Assembly (NCBI GenBank): GCA_951406725.2
Contig: OX597815.1
Span: forward strand, 129,332,001 to 129,396,000
Length of the DNA stretch: 64,000 nucleotides
Reading direction: 5' to 3'
Source: Octopus vulgaris
Taxonomy: Eukaryota
Shown: positions 25,219-37,614 of the stretch, in pieces
Layout of the letters: the number at the start of each line of letters is the position of its first letter
Position numbering within the stretch: the stretch's first letter is position 1
Notes under the pieces: model-generated
The model's input: the letters and a program-made list of their open reading frames with translations, nothing else
Database searches by the model: none
Told to the model about the DNA's origin: nothing
Translations under genes and position numbers: made by a program

Positions 25219-25702
25219 AAAACCGAGACACAAAGACGGTTTTATTTTAGTAAGAGTTGAGGCTAACTTCCAATCGTTATGGAATACTGTGAAGACACGA
25301 TATCGCTATTTTGAAGGTTAAATTCTTTTTTCTTAGATTAAATCCTTACTGTTTTCATTAATGATTAGAGTGATGATCTAAACCAGTGTTTCCCAACCTT
25401 TTTTCCCGGCGCCCCACTTTTTCATAGCAAAAGTTTTTACGCCCCACCTTTTCCCATGTCCACTCACATTTACAAGTACATGTGGGCCTACTTACAATTG
25501 AAAAAAAATCAAAAATTAAAAAATTGTATTCAAAATACAAAAAAATAGTTTGAGAATTGAAACAACAGGCACTGAAAGTGCATAACACCCAATAAATCGA
25601 TAAAATTATTACGATTTCTCATGTTTTTAAAAAATGTCAATTTATAAAGAATAAAGAAACACGTTTTTTCAGTTCAATTATTTGACGGTCAGCTCGACTA
25701 AT

Positions 25703-27883
25703 TTAGTGAGAACCCTGTGCCTGATGCATACAGCACAAGTTTTTAATTTGAGGAGACAACTTTGTTAATTTCAGTCGTAAATCGCCACGTTTTGTAATCT
25801 CAAGCCGGTTTCTCTTGGCTTCGAGCAAATTATCAACTGCACTAAAACCACATTCGACCAAATAAGACGAAGGGAAAGGAATCAGTAGCTCTCTCGCTGA
25901 TGTAGAAATTTTAGGATATTTTCTTTCAACCTCGTCATATAGCCACATCTTTGTACCTTTCAATTTAAACAAAGTTGTAACGTGTAAGGATCATCACCGA
26001 AGCACTGGAAGGGTGTCGGGATCCTTTCCAGTCACATACAAAATTCTTGCAGAAAACAAACAGACGAAGCTCAGGTTAAGGTGAACAGACAACTTGGTTT
26101 ATTGATTCATGGTTGTACGTTGTCTGATGGGGAGAATAGACAGCCTCTGATATTCTGCTGGTGTTGGTCGTTGAGGTTGGTTGAAGCTGGTGTGTGGCTG
26201 TCAGAGCCAGGAAAACCGTGACCGATCGCAGTGCTGTCTTGAGCCGAAGAGAGAGATTTGAGGTTCGCGGGTTCGAGAGATGTTTTCCCGCACATGCGCA
26301 TGGGGAAGACTTCCGGTGGCCACCCGGAAGTAGTCCCATTCTGCGCATGCGCGCCGAACCCTACACAGTAGCATCACTACAAAGTCTTCACTGATTCATC
26401 ATGTTGTAATTCTGATAACTCTTCTTGGTATTGGATTGTAGCATCAGAAACGTTAATCAGAAGCGGTTGAGTTAACCAAGAAGGAAAATTCATTGCCTTT
26501 AAATCGCAAAATCTGTCATTGAAATCCTTTATCAAGATATTTAAATGATCAATAATTACAATGCCAGCATCATTCGTTATTTCACATTTACTCAACCAGT
26601 AAAGTTCACTGAAATTTCTTTTGGAAAATTTCTTTTTCCATAATTCGAGAGCTGTTATTAAAACCAAAAATCTTTGCTTTTGCATCAATAAGTGTCATGT
26701 TTGCACCTTGAAGTTGTTTATTCAAGTTTCCAAGTTTCTCAAATATGTCTGTCAAATAACTGACAAATGCTTTTCCATCCGTTGTTGACAGCAATTTCAT
26801 TTCACATTTATCACTAAGAAAGTCGTTAATCTGATCAAATAATTCCATGAACCTCTTTAAGCAGTTTCCACTTGATAGCCATCTTACTTCTGTATGAAGC
26901 AATAATCGAACATGTTCGGCACTTTGATTTATACAAAACTGCTTAAAAAGACGTTCAGATTTAGAATTTCTTTTAATGCTGTTGACACACTTGATCACAC
27001 TTTGAAGAATCTTGTTAAGAACAGGGGACAATTTCTTGGCAACCAAGTTTTCTCGGTGTATTACACAATGGACAGTCAACATGTTTGGATTTTCATCCTT
27101 CATCATTTTTAAGCATCCCGTATTCTTGCCCATCATGGCAGGTGCACCGTCTGCCGCACATGCCAGTAAGTTTTCCTTTGGTATTTTGTTTGCATCCAAA
27201 TAATGTTTGATTTTGATGTAAATATCATTTGCAGTTGTGGTGGTTTCAAACGATTCGCAGAACAGCATCTCTTCCTGAAACTCCTCGTGGTCAATATACC
27301 TCACATAAGTCAATAACAGAGCCTCACTGTCCCGGATTGTGGATTCGTCCATTTGTAATGAAAACTTACGCAATTTTAATTTCTCAATGAGCTGGCTTTC
27401 AACATCTTGCCCCATTTCATCTATTCTGTTCGAGACAGTGTTATTACTGAGTGGCATAGTCCTGATATCTCCATCATCTTTTTGTAATACAGTTTTTAAG
27501 AATATTGAGATAGCAGGTTTAATCAGTTGCTCTCCAATAGTGTGATTCTTTCCATGTTTTGCTATAAGCAAGGAGATTTCGTAGCTGGCTTCAAGGGCAC
27601 GAATATGAGGCGCTTGTTTTGCATGAAATAGTGAAGTGAGTTTTGTTCGGTTTTTAAATTTTTCTTTCAATGATTTGAAGTATTCCAAATCTAAATTAGA
27701 ATTATTAGGATGTCTTACCTTTAAGTGCGCTTCCAGCCTACCTGCCTTCATTTACTCATTGCTCATCGTCTGATTACATAATAAGCAAAACGGTTTACGC
27801 TCATCATGCTCATCAGGAATGAATCCAAACTTCAAAAACTCCACCGCGTATTGACGAGTCTTCTTCTTGTTTGGTTTGCTCAT
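25703..27883 (-). pseudogene. hAT transposase pseudogene (ZBED5/SCAND3/FAM200-like family)
   Basis: MSKPNKKKTRQY...PFCLLC...HLKVRH (BED finger), SLQMDEST, AADGAPAM, HCVIH, TEVRWLS, YLVECGFS and C-terminal QAQGSH. Lesions: TAA at 27752-27754, a frameshift near 26660 and an LTR insertion at 25976-26381. Confidence 0.93.
25976..26381 (-). mobile_element. Solo LTR (406 bp, Gypsy-like 4-bp TSD) nested in the transposase
   Basis: TGTAA...CTACA termini, TSD AAGT (25972-25975, 26382-26385) and minus-strand AATAAA (26098-26103). Removing it restores in-frame ESVKTLFKLK. Confidence 0.9.
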
Positions 27884-29094
27884 TTTCAATAGGGCTAACA
27901 AAAGACTAATTGAGGCAAACTAATTGAGGCAATTGATTGGCTTATCTGAATAGTAAGTTTATTGCTCAGTGTGGGATCTTCTTTGTCTCGCTGGGGTGCG
28001 AGAGTTTCCGATGTGGAGGCTTCAAAGGAAAGACGGAATCTAAGGTTGTGCCCGCGATGACCGCTCGTCATGTACAAATATTTTCACAGCCCACGTCTAT
28101 GCCCCGCGCCCCACCTGAATTTTCTCAGGCCCCACCAGTGGGGCGTACGCCCCACCTTGGGAATCACTGATCTAAACGAAACCCTAAAGAATTCGATCAG
28201 TCTAGTAATGGGAGTTTGTATTGACAAGAATCAGTTTGGATATATACAAAAGGGAGCAAATATCAGCTTCATATCCCACATATAAAAAAAAAACAAAAAC
28301 AACTTTAACATACTTTTCAAAGATTTGCTTTTTTTTTTTTTAGCACCGCCACCACTTGAATGTAGTTTGCGTTGTGATACATTTCATATCGTGGAAATGA
28401 AAATGAACGTTTTCAGAAAAAAGCAGAAAGGAAATTTAAATTTGATAGTTCAAATGTATAGTCTGTCTCAACTAAACCTTATTTTTTCAGAAAAGTAAAA
28501 AAATTTTTTTCTCCTGTTGAAAGGCGCTAGGCAGATCGTTAATTTCCACCACCTCCCCCCCTAAGAAACATAACATATACTCTGTTTATATCCTGCATCT
28601 TTTTATCCCATGAAAATTTCAATGTTTAAGTCTCTTGCTTCAATATTATTTGAATAAGCCTAATGATTTATTCATAAGCAACTCGGATAATATATTCTTT
28701 TAGCCCTATCCTATGACTGTCTGATGAAGAGGCAGCAACAATGTGAATTTGGTTTCAGTTCCAATGCTTGGCTCCTACTGTTACTTGTGTTTACATGACT
28801 ATGCTGTGAGGCCATGTATTTTTTATACAGATTTACATACTTTTACTCCTCAATATAGGGTCAATGAACAGAAAAAATATGAAGGCACCTGATCTTAATA
28901 TTGTAAATGAGTACCTTTCCCTATAGGAAAAAGGTAGGTATGATCAAGAGAACAGGATCAATAGAAGCTTCTCTGTAGTGGGCTGTGAATTTGGTGTTAG
29001 TGAATCAACCATTTGTTCCATTTGTGAAATGCACAGAGACGATTCATTTATCAGTGTTTTTTTGTTTTTTTTAGCTAAATCCCTGTCAGAAATG

Positions 29095-29126
<32 letters not shown>

Positions 29127-29305
29127 ATAAATATTAGGGAATGAATCCAAAATTACAGGGAAAAATCAGATTTAGGGTTAAATCCATTAATTTATATTAA
29201 AATTTTATGTTTTGATTAAGTCTTTCCTTGTTTGGTTTTAAAATAGTGGTTTTGTCTCGAATTATATTATATATATATACACACACACACATACATACAT
29301 ATACA

Positions 29306-29929
29306 TGAGGGGAAGTCAAAAATTATCCACACTTTTGCCATAACATATCTTATTGTTACACTGCCTTCTGCGCATGCGTGCTTATAGTTGGTGCTATTGT
29401 GGTGCTATTGGCTTTACAGTGCAAGCATGGCCGATCCATCAGCAATGTGCACCAAAAAAGAATAAAGAGCAGTGATCTGAGAGATGGTAATGGTGAACTG
29501 GTTCAACATTACCATCTCTCGAGCTTGCTGAATCTTCTTGTCAGTTGTAGAGGTTGATGAGTGTCCTGCTACCTCTTCATGCATCATGCTTGTCCATCCA
29601 CTTTTAAACTTCTCAGTTCACTCATCTACACTTCTATGTGGTTGTGCACTGTCCCCGTGTTGTACTAAAAGCCTCCGATGAATTTCAGCAACTGATACAC
29701 CTTCCGACCAGAGAAATCCGATCACTGCTCTTCGTTCTTCTTTGGTGCATATTGCTAGTGGAGTGGCCATGTTTACACTGTGAAGCCAGAAAGAATAATG
29801 GCACAATTAGGCTCAAACTTTGATCACTTGACCACAATAGTAACAACTATAAGCATGCATGCGCATAAGGCAGTGTGACAATAATAAAAATGTTATGGCA
29901 AAAGTGCAGATAATTTTTCACTTTCTCTT
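29306..29929 (-). mobile_element. Deleted mariner-like element with long inverted ends
   Basis: TIR tgaggggaagtcaaaaattatcc. Minus-strand MATPLAICTKEERRAVIGFLWSEGVSVAEIHRRLLVQHGD is a mariner N-terminal HTH. Both arms carry the transposase start. Confidence 0.85.
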
Positions 29930-30190
29930 TATTGTGTGTGTGTGTGTCACAATATATGGATTCAAGTAATCCAGTAGTACTTACAAAAAAAGTTCCTTAA
30001 TGTATCATTCTACAAAACAAAGTATAGTACAATTTTTGGCATTAATACAGACATGTAAGTAATTTATTTATTATCAGATATAATAATATAAATATTTACG
30101 TGTTTTTAACTTACAAATCAATTTGTCATATTAGATTTTTCTTATTGTTAAATAAAATTTCATCAAACTATTTCTCTGTCATTTATGACT

Positions 30191-30731
30191 TTATGTATAT
30201 TTGGTTAATGAGAGATGGAAGATAAAAGAATTTTTATTAATCACATGGGTGGGATACAAAACAATGGGTTCAGGAGCATCTGGTGGTGCAGATGTGTTTT
30301 TCAGGTGATAGATATAACTTGTTAAAATAACAGTTCCGCAATGTATCTTCTCAGTTTGTGTAAAGAAAAGCAGTGAAATAAAGGATATAGCTTCATCAAA
30401 ATGAACACACAATACAGTGAAAAAAGTATTAATGCTTATTTTGCTGTATTGTGTGTTCATTTCTGTTTTGCATGTTATTTTATTATTGATCTTCTATATA
30501 AATGAAGCTATATCCTTTATTTTGCTGATTTTGTTTACACAAAATGGGAATATACATTGTGGAATTATTATTTTATTGAGTTATATCTACTTATCACACA
30601 AAGAGCACTGCCGGATGCTCATGAAACAATTATGTATCCCACCCATGAGGGATTGATGCTAGATGGCTCAAAACGATTGTAGTGATTAATAAAAATTCTT
30701 ATCTTCCATCTCTCATTAACCAAATACATAA
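30191..30731. mobile_element. Fold-back element, Penelope-like inverted terminal region
   Basis: Two diverged reverse-complementary arms around ~30430. The right arm has ttgatgctagatggctcaaaacg (degenerate CTGATGA...GAAAC) just before AATAAA. Confidence 0.6.
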
Positions 30732-33388
30732 TGGACATTGTGAAAGTGGTTGTTCTTTATCAGTGAGCTACCAGATATAAACCATTCATTTTACTATCTA
30801 ATAACATATATGTATGCATGCATGCTTTGTAATGGTTCACTGGTGTTCAGAGAAACTGTCAATGGTGGAGTTTTTCTGCACATAGTCTGCCATTTGCAAT
30901 CCCTTAGAAAAGCATTTCCTAATCTTTTTAATTCTTGAGGAATCCTTGAAATACATTCCATGCCTCAAGGACATACTTTCATGAGTGAATGTCTGTTAGC
31001 TGTTTTCATGAGGGAATGTCTGTTAGTTGTCTGTGTATTTTGAAAATATAATTTGAGATTAGACAAGCTATGTTAACACCTGAGAGTCTTAAAAAACATG
31101 TTTATTCATAATTTTGTTTTACACAAGTATAATTAATAAACCAAAGTGAACAACAGTGCTATATATTTTTTATCTTAAATTTCTAATTTTAAAATATTTT
31201 AATTTTTGTCTTTGTCATGAAATCCTCAAAATTTGTGAAGCACTGTTTTGTAATCAAGCAACCTTCTAGAAATAGCAGCCTATTCTTCTTCATATTACAT
31301 CCTACTGTTTTAAAAAAAGGGAATGATGCTTTAAATAAGATTGGCTCAGATACATTATCTGGAGAAAAATAAAAACTGATAATCTCTGAAGGTGGTTATT
31401 AGTTGGTAATGGTTAATCCAAAGTTAAACTACACATCAATACTGAAGCAAAATAAATTTATTCTTTATTCTGATATCGTATTTAGAGGAAATGCATTTCA
31501 ATGATCTTATCTCATGCTTGGTTACAAAACTCTGAGAAAACACCTTAAACTTGTGATTTTAATGGAAAAATTGACAAAGGCAAGAATTTATACATTCTTT
31601 CCTCTATTCTCATTTGTGTAATAATTTGTTTTGAGTTTTAAAATTTTATTTCTTTATCATATTTAAAATTAGTGTTTCAAAATAAGTGCTTATCCTAAAT
31701 TAAATTTCACTTTCAATTTAGACTTCTGTTTGGGTTGACTATTTATCTATGGCTAATAAACTTTAGTTTTCTTCTTGAGCAAACTCAAAAGGTCTGGTTG
31801 CTTCACAACAGTTTAAATATTTCCTTTTTGTCTTTTTACTTTTCATTGTTTCCTATTGCAGGGCTGGTGGATTGCCAGAATTGTTAGTGTTGGACAAAAT
31901 ATTTTATGCCTTGCAAAATACTTTATGCCTTCCTACTTTTTATTTTCTAAGATCAAATTTCACCATATTTAATTTTGCTTGTCCTGTTCTCAAGGTTGAC
32001 AGAACAAAGTAAACAATTAAGAGCTAAGGGTCAATACAATCTTTTAACCTCTCAGTCTTAAAAATTGCTAGCCTTGTGCCTACATTAGAAACAAACATTT
32101 TTTATTGTATTTAAATTTCTAATAACTTAATTTTATGGGGCAGGTGGAGAGCAATATCTTCAGATGGAAAATGTCAAATATTTCTTGTACAAATAATTAA
32201 AAATCACTGTAGTTGACATGACTAACAGTATTCCTTTGAGTGATAAGAGTTGATATTGGAAGGTACCTCTCTTCAAAATATTAGAACTAATGGTTTTTTT
32301 GGCAACAACAAGACTATATTGGATCTGACATTCATTGAAAGCTACTATGTTTAAGATGTGTTCATAACAGCTACAAGGAAAAATTCTTTGTGAAATTTAC
32401 TCTGTCCCTCTGTTCTGAGTTTAGATTCTACCAAGGTTGATTTTTTTTTTTCTTTCATACTTCCATAGCTGATAAAATAAGTGCCAACCAAGAATTGGAG
32501 GTTAATTCAATTATCTGTCACAAATTTTTAAAAAATAGTTTTAACATTTTTCAAAAATTTTTCTCGTAATTCTAGAGATAACAGGTTTGGCCACAGCAAA
32601 TGATGTTCTTTACATGGATGTGAGGTGGGTTTGTATTTATAGTTTGGAGTTATTCACATTTTTTTCTTAAAATTCTGCTGGAAGCGAATCGAAATCCCAG
32701 TAGTATAACTTTGCACAGATGATACGCATTATAATCTTATTCATCGTACAAAAGCAGTGAAAGTGTTTATGTAGGTAGGTAGATAGATAAATATGTAAAT
32801 AAGTAACAAATGTGAAAGGAAAACAAACGCAACATAATTTGTTTGGAGTGAAACTGAGTGAAAGACACTGGGAGTGGTAATGGCTATATATTGCAATTTG
32901 TTACAGGATAGTTTCAACAGGGATGCGATGAAACCTAAAAGTTATGACAAATAGAAGCTATTTCTTTCTTTTATCTAAACAGTTGGACAACTTTTTGTTG
33001 TTGCTGCAGTGCTCATGATTTGATTTTATATTTGTTTTTCTGCATCAGCCTGTTGTTATTAATGAAAGCAGAACTGCTATTACTACATACCATATCATAT
33101 CATATCCCTTTCTGTACTGCCAGTCCTTACCTCCTCTCCCCTGAACCACTCTCTATTGACATCTATCCCTCACTCATATCATTGGCTTATTCACCAATGA
33201 CTACTTTCACTCCTTAATTCCTCTAATCACCTTTAGCCCTTTTTCTATCCATCACTTCCATCCTTTACCACACACATTCTTGTAGCCATTACCCACCCTT
33301 CCTGATTCCTCTGTTACTGAGCTCTCTTTTATTCAGTTTCTTGTCACTATTATTTTTATCTCTCTGGCTTTTCTCCTACTCTTTCTGT

Positions 33389-33645
33389 CTTTTACTTGTT
33401 TCAGTCATTTGACTGTGGCCATGCTGGAGCACCACCTTTAGTAGAGCAAATCGACCCCAGGACTTATTCTTTGTAAGCCTAGTACTTATTTTATTGGTCT
33501 CTTTTGCCGAACTGCTAAGTTATGGGGACGTAAACACACCAGCATCGGTTGTCAAGCGATGTTGGGGAGACAAACACACACACACACACACTTATACGTA
33601 TACATATATATATATATATGACGGGCTTTGGTCGGCCCGAGGCTC
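33389..33645 (-). mobile_element. SINE family B (5'-truncated)
   Basis: ttttacttgtttcagtcatttgactgtggccatgctggagc... Confidence 0.85.
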
Positions 33646-33699
33646 TTCGGTACCGCTCATCCATATAAATATAATGCAGGAGTTAATGCTGCATCTAAT

Positions 33700-33910
33700 A
33701 ATAATAGTAAACACAAGTTTGGCTGAAAGGGAACAGTTAATTATATTAATCCCAGTATTTAACTAGGACTTTTTATCAATTTTTTTTTATCAATCCTGGG
33801 AAGATGGAAAGCAAAGTTGATTACAACCAAATTTGAACTCAGAATGTAAAGAGCCAGGAAAAAAAATCTGCAAAGCATTTTATCAAATGCTGTAGTGATT
33901 CTGTCAATAA
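33700..33910 (-). mobile_element. Degraded SINE family A copy
   Basis: gaaagcaaagttga...aatttgaactcagaatgtaaag. Confidence 0.6.
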
Positions 33911-34175
33911 TAACAATAGCATTCATAATAATGATTTTAAAAATTCAAATAACATACATAACATTCTAATTTATTATTCATTCATGCATATGTGTGTGCA
34001 TGGACACACAGACGCATGTGTGTTGTTTGATACTTGGAGATATGTGCTGGAGGTGAAGTTTTTTCATCCAAAGTCAATCATATCATAGTAGACTTCCAAA
34101 GCCAAAGGTATTCCATCTATGTCCATCATACTTTATTTTCAAACTATGCATATACAAGTCTATATTATATAGACT

Positions 34176-34830
34176 TGTAATAAATAAAAAAAAAAGGAAA
34201 TTTTAAATAAACGACAGATGAAAAACGTATATACATAAGACACCGAGGGTCACCAATTCTTCATCAGTTATCAGCCAGAATGGTAATACTCAGTTTTGCA
34301 CTTTCATGATAAAACTGAGGGGTTCCCATCTGCGTATTACCATTCTGGTTGATAACTGAAGAAGAATTGGGGACCCTCAATGTCATCATCATCATCGTTT
34401 AACATCTGCTTTCCATGCTGGCATGGGTTGGATGATTTGACTGAGGGCTGGCAAACCAGATGGTTGCACCAGGCTCCAATCTTGATCTGGCAGAGTTTCT
34501 ACAGCTGGATGCCCTTCCTTTTGCCAACCACTCCGAGAGTGTAGTGGGTGCCACTAGCACAGGGGCCAGTCAGGAAGTACTGGCAATGATCTTGCTTGAA
34601 TCTTTTTACACATGTCAGCAGCACAGGTGCCAGTAAGGCGATGCTGGTAACGATCATGCTTGAATGGTGCCTTTTACATGCCACCAGCACAGAAGCCAGT
34701 TAGCCGCTCTGGCAATGATCACGCTTGGATGGTGCTCTTAGCACCCTACTAGCACGGGGCTCAATATATTTTTTGTGTCGTTTATTTACAATGCATTTTT
34801 CATTTATTAGTAACAGTACGCAACACACAC
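34176..34830. mobile_element. Fold-back element interrupted by an RTE 3' UTR fragment
   Basis: Arms 34239-34289 / 34334-34384 (46/51 complementary). The outer arm resumes at 34761 after the insertion. Confidence 0.65.
34385..34760 (-). mobile_element. RTE-type 3' UTR fragment
   Basis: catcatcatcgtttaac...ccatgctggcatgggttgga...ggatgcccttcct, same as 6301-6600. Possible TSD ctcaat (34376, 34760). Confidence 0.8.
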
Positions 34831-35124
34831 CAGACATTTAAGTGTTTATATTATCTAGTGTCCTGTTCTGTCAAAAACAAAAATTTCAGTGTGTGATTTA
34901 AATGAGATTTGGTTGCTATTTGTAAGGTGCTATTTCAGATTCAGCAATCACATACAGACCCCACCTTGATGAGGTGTGGTAAATTACAAAGATGTTAGTT
35001 GCTAATCACTGTAATATAATGACTGTAGCATCAACAGGAAAGGAGTAAACCTGATTTTAGAAATAATATATTATAGTCATAATATCATTTGAGGGATTGG
35101 ACGGTGGTGATGCTGGTTGGCACC

Positions 35125-35430
35125 TGATTAAGCAGATCTATGGTTAGAGGCATTATAGTGATGCCCATCCCTGCCTACATGGGCACAAACAGACCTATAT
35201 TTAAAGACATTCCAAGGACGACCATCCTGTCTTCAAGGGAACAAGCAGACCAGTGATTAAAGATATTCTAGATTTCTAGGAATTACTAAGTTATCTTTTT
35301 GAGCATTGCATATCTAGGACTACCTTATTCAATGTTTCCTGTATTTTCTTTTTAGATGGCAAGATGTAATTATAAGGAGGATTTGGCTGCTATTTCTAGC
35401 ACCTCAATTATATTGAGGTTCCCTTGCTAT
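35125..35430 (+). repeat. Dispersed repeat family (unclassified)
   Basis: agacctat...aaagacattcca...gaccatcc (locally triplicated) and gatttggctgctatttctagc. Related copies at ~31260(-), ~34900, ~35750(-), ~52120-52320, ~59450(-) and ~62280(-). Confidence 0.55.
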
Positions 35431-35492
35431 CTTAGGATAGTTTACCATAGGTAATTTTTTTTAATCCTCCAAATGTCTGATATCAATGTTTT

Positions 35493-35718
35493 GGTGACAC
35501 GTAAAAGTACCAACCGATCGTGGCCGTTTGCCAGCCTCCTCTGGCCCTGTGCTGGTGGCATGTAAAGAACACTCACGGAGTGGTTGGCATTAGGAAGGGC
35601 ATCCAGCTGTAGAAACACTGCCAGATCAGACTGGAGCCTGGTGCAGCCTCATGGCTTCCCAGACCCTGGTCCAACCCATGCAAGCATGGAAAACTGACGT
35701 TAAACGATGATGATGATG
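35493..35718 (+). mobile_element. RTE-type 3' UTR fragment
   Basis: ggagtggttggcattaggaagggcatccagctgtagaaac...aaacgatgatgatgat. Confidence 0.8.
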
Positions 35719-36537
35719 AAGTGATCCAATAAAATGGTCCCTACAAGGCTGCTTAACTTGGCAAAAATAGCAGCTAACTCTCCCTCAGAGATCACACCCT
35801 ACTATCTTTAAATTTTATTTCAAAAAACAAAAAAAAAGGTAGTATGTGGTTGTAACAACTTTTTGGTCATAGGCCTGCATGATCAAATTGGCCTAGGGTT
35901 AAACAAAATAACTCGGGTACTGAGCATTGGCTGACTGGGTTATTTACTAACTTAAATCATTTAAGGTTAACGGTGTATTGTAAAGTATTTAAAATTAGAA
36001 TTTGATTATCTCTTTTCTCCAAACCATTAAGTTATAGAGATGTAAACAGACTTGGAATATTTATATATTGGAGACCATTTGATCAACTTGTCCTTTCAAG
36101 GAGTGCCCCAGCATGGCCACAGTCCAATAACTGAAACAGCTGAAAGCATGAAGTAGTATACTCATGCAGGTTCATATAATTAAATTGCACATTTACCATT
36201 TATGTGAAGACCATTTGTCTTTTAACAGGTGTCAACTGATAAAAGAAATATACACCAAGAAGAATGTTTGTGTGAGAGAGAGAGAGAAAGAGAGAACTGA
36301 TATATCAGTCTCCCACTTCCATTTGTTTTTAATATGATTCCATATGTTATCTAGGCCACTGTAATCTTCATCGGGAATGCATCAAGTAGTTCTATGTTTT
36401 TGTAGAAATGAAAGTAAAAAGATAAAGAATACATACAATGTGATTGCATGTGTTTATATACACTGTGTGTGTGTATGTATGTATGTGTGTGTGTGTATAT
36501 TGTAGTTGAATGTTTATGTATCTCTTCACACAGACAC

Positions 36538-36573
<36 letters not shown>

Positions 36574-37614
36574 ATCATAATATATATAAGGATTATAATA
36601 TATACATAGAAATAAATATTCATATAGATACACATAATACACACAAGCACACTTACAGTTTTGCTATAATATTTTTGTTTTATATTATTTTTTTTTTGTT
36701 TCCATAGAGATGTGTCATCAGACATATGGGGAACCCACCTAAGCTACACCTATTATGATGAATAGGTTTGATACTCCAAACTATTTTTATCTTGTGCTTG
36801 AAAACTCTGCCAGCATCTAAGTTCCTGCTCAGCTAGCATTTTGGTTGGTTCTCTTGAAATAGTTACTGAATTACAAAAGAAACAAAACAAAAGGGAAATT
36901 GGCAGATTTTTATGGCAAACTTCTGTTAATCTTATTACACATGCTGATTTGGTTTATTTATCCACCATATGTGAAAATAATTTCTACTGTTCATTGAGTA
37001 GATAGGAATAATAACTAGATGGTGTTTTGATATTCTTCATTCTCTCGTCATTATTTTGTGATGCAAAGATTAGTATATATACTAATTCAAGATTTTATCA
37101 TATATCAATACTTTGTTATTGATAATGAAATATTGAGGAAGTAATTGGTTTATTTATTAAATGAGTACTATTAGATATAATTGAGCTTAGAGGAATTACT
37201 CAAATCAGTCGATAGGTACAATACTTAAATCATGTGAGTATTGATGCACCATTTAAGACATTTTTACAGGCGTCATTCAGTACAACATTATTTTGACTTA
37301 TCCTTGATATCATTGAGTACATATGGATATATGTGCATACCTCTCTCTCTCACTTTCTTTCTCTCTCTCTCTCTCTCTTTCTTTCTCTCCCTCTCTCTCT
37401 CTGTATATCTACTGGTATCTATAGATAGGTATATAGATGTGTGTGCACATGCATTAGAAAGGGCATCCAGCTATAGGCACCATACTAAAGCTGACACTGA
37501 AGTCTGATGCAGCCTTACAGCTCACTGGGCCTTCTCAAACTTTCCAACCCATGCCTGCATAGAAAGTGGACATCAAATGATAATGACATGGATCTAATGG
37601 TAAGCATACACTAA

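Larger units (their letters stand above)
25384..28169 (-). mobile_element. Full-length hAT DNA transposon, Buster/Charlie-like
   Basis: TIRs cagtgtttcccaa (25384) and ttgggaatcactg (28169). Perfect 8-bp TSD ATCTAAAC (25376-25383, 28170-28177) with central TA. Subterminal cgccccac repeats at both ends. Internal transposase. Confidence 0.97.

Noticed and set aside
26076-26394. Three overlapping GC-rich ORFs
   Set aside because: All lie in the solo LTR and show no recognisable domain.
26606-27751. Domesticated ZBED5/SCAND3-like host gene
   Set aside because: Lies within TIRs/TSD and has a nonsense codon, a frameshift and an LTR insertion.
28913-28937. Terminator-like hairpin tacctttcc-ctata-ggaaaaaggta
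   Set aside because: Short, imperfect and expected by chance; intrinsic terminators are irrelevant in this context.
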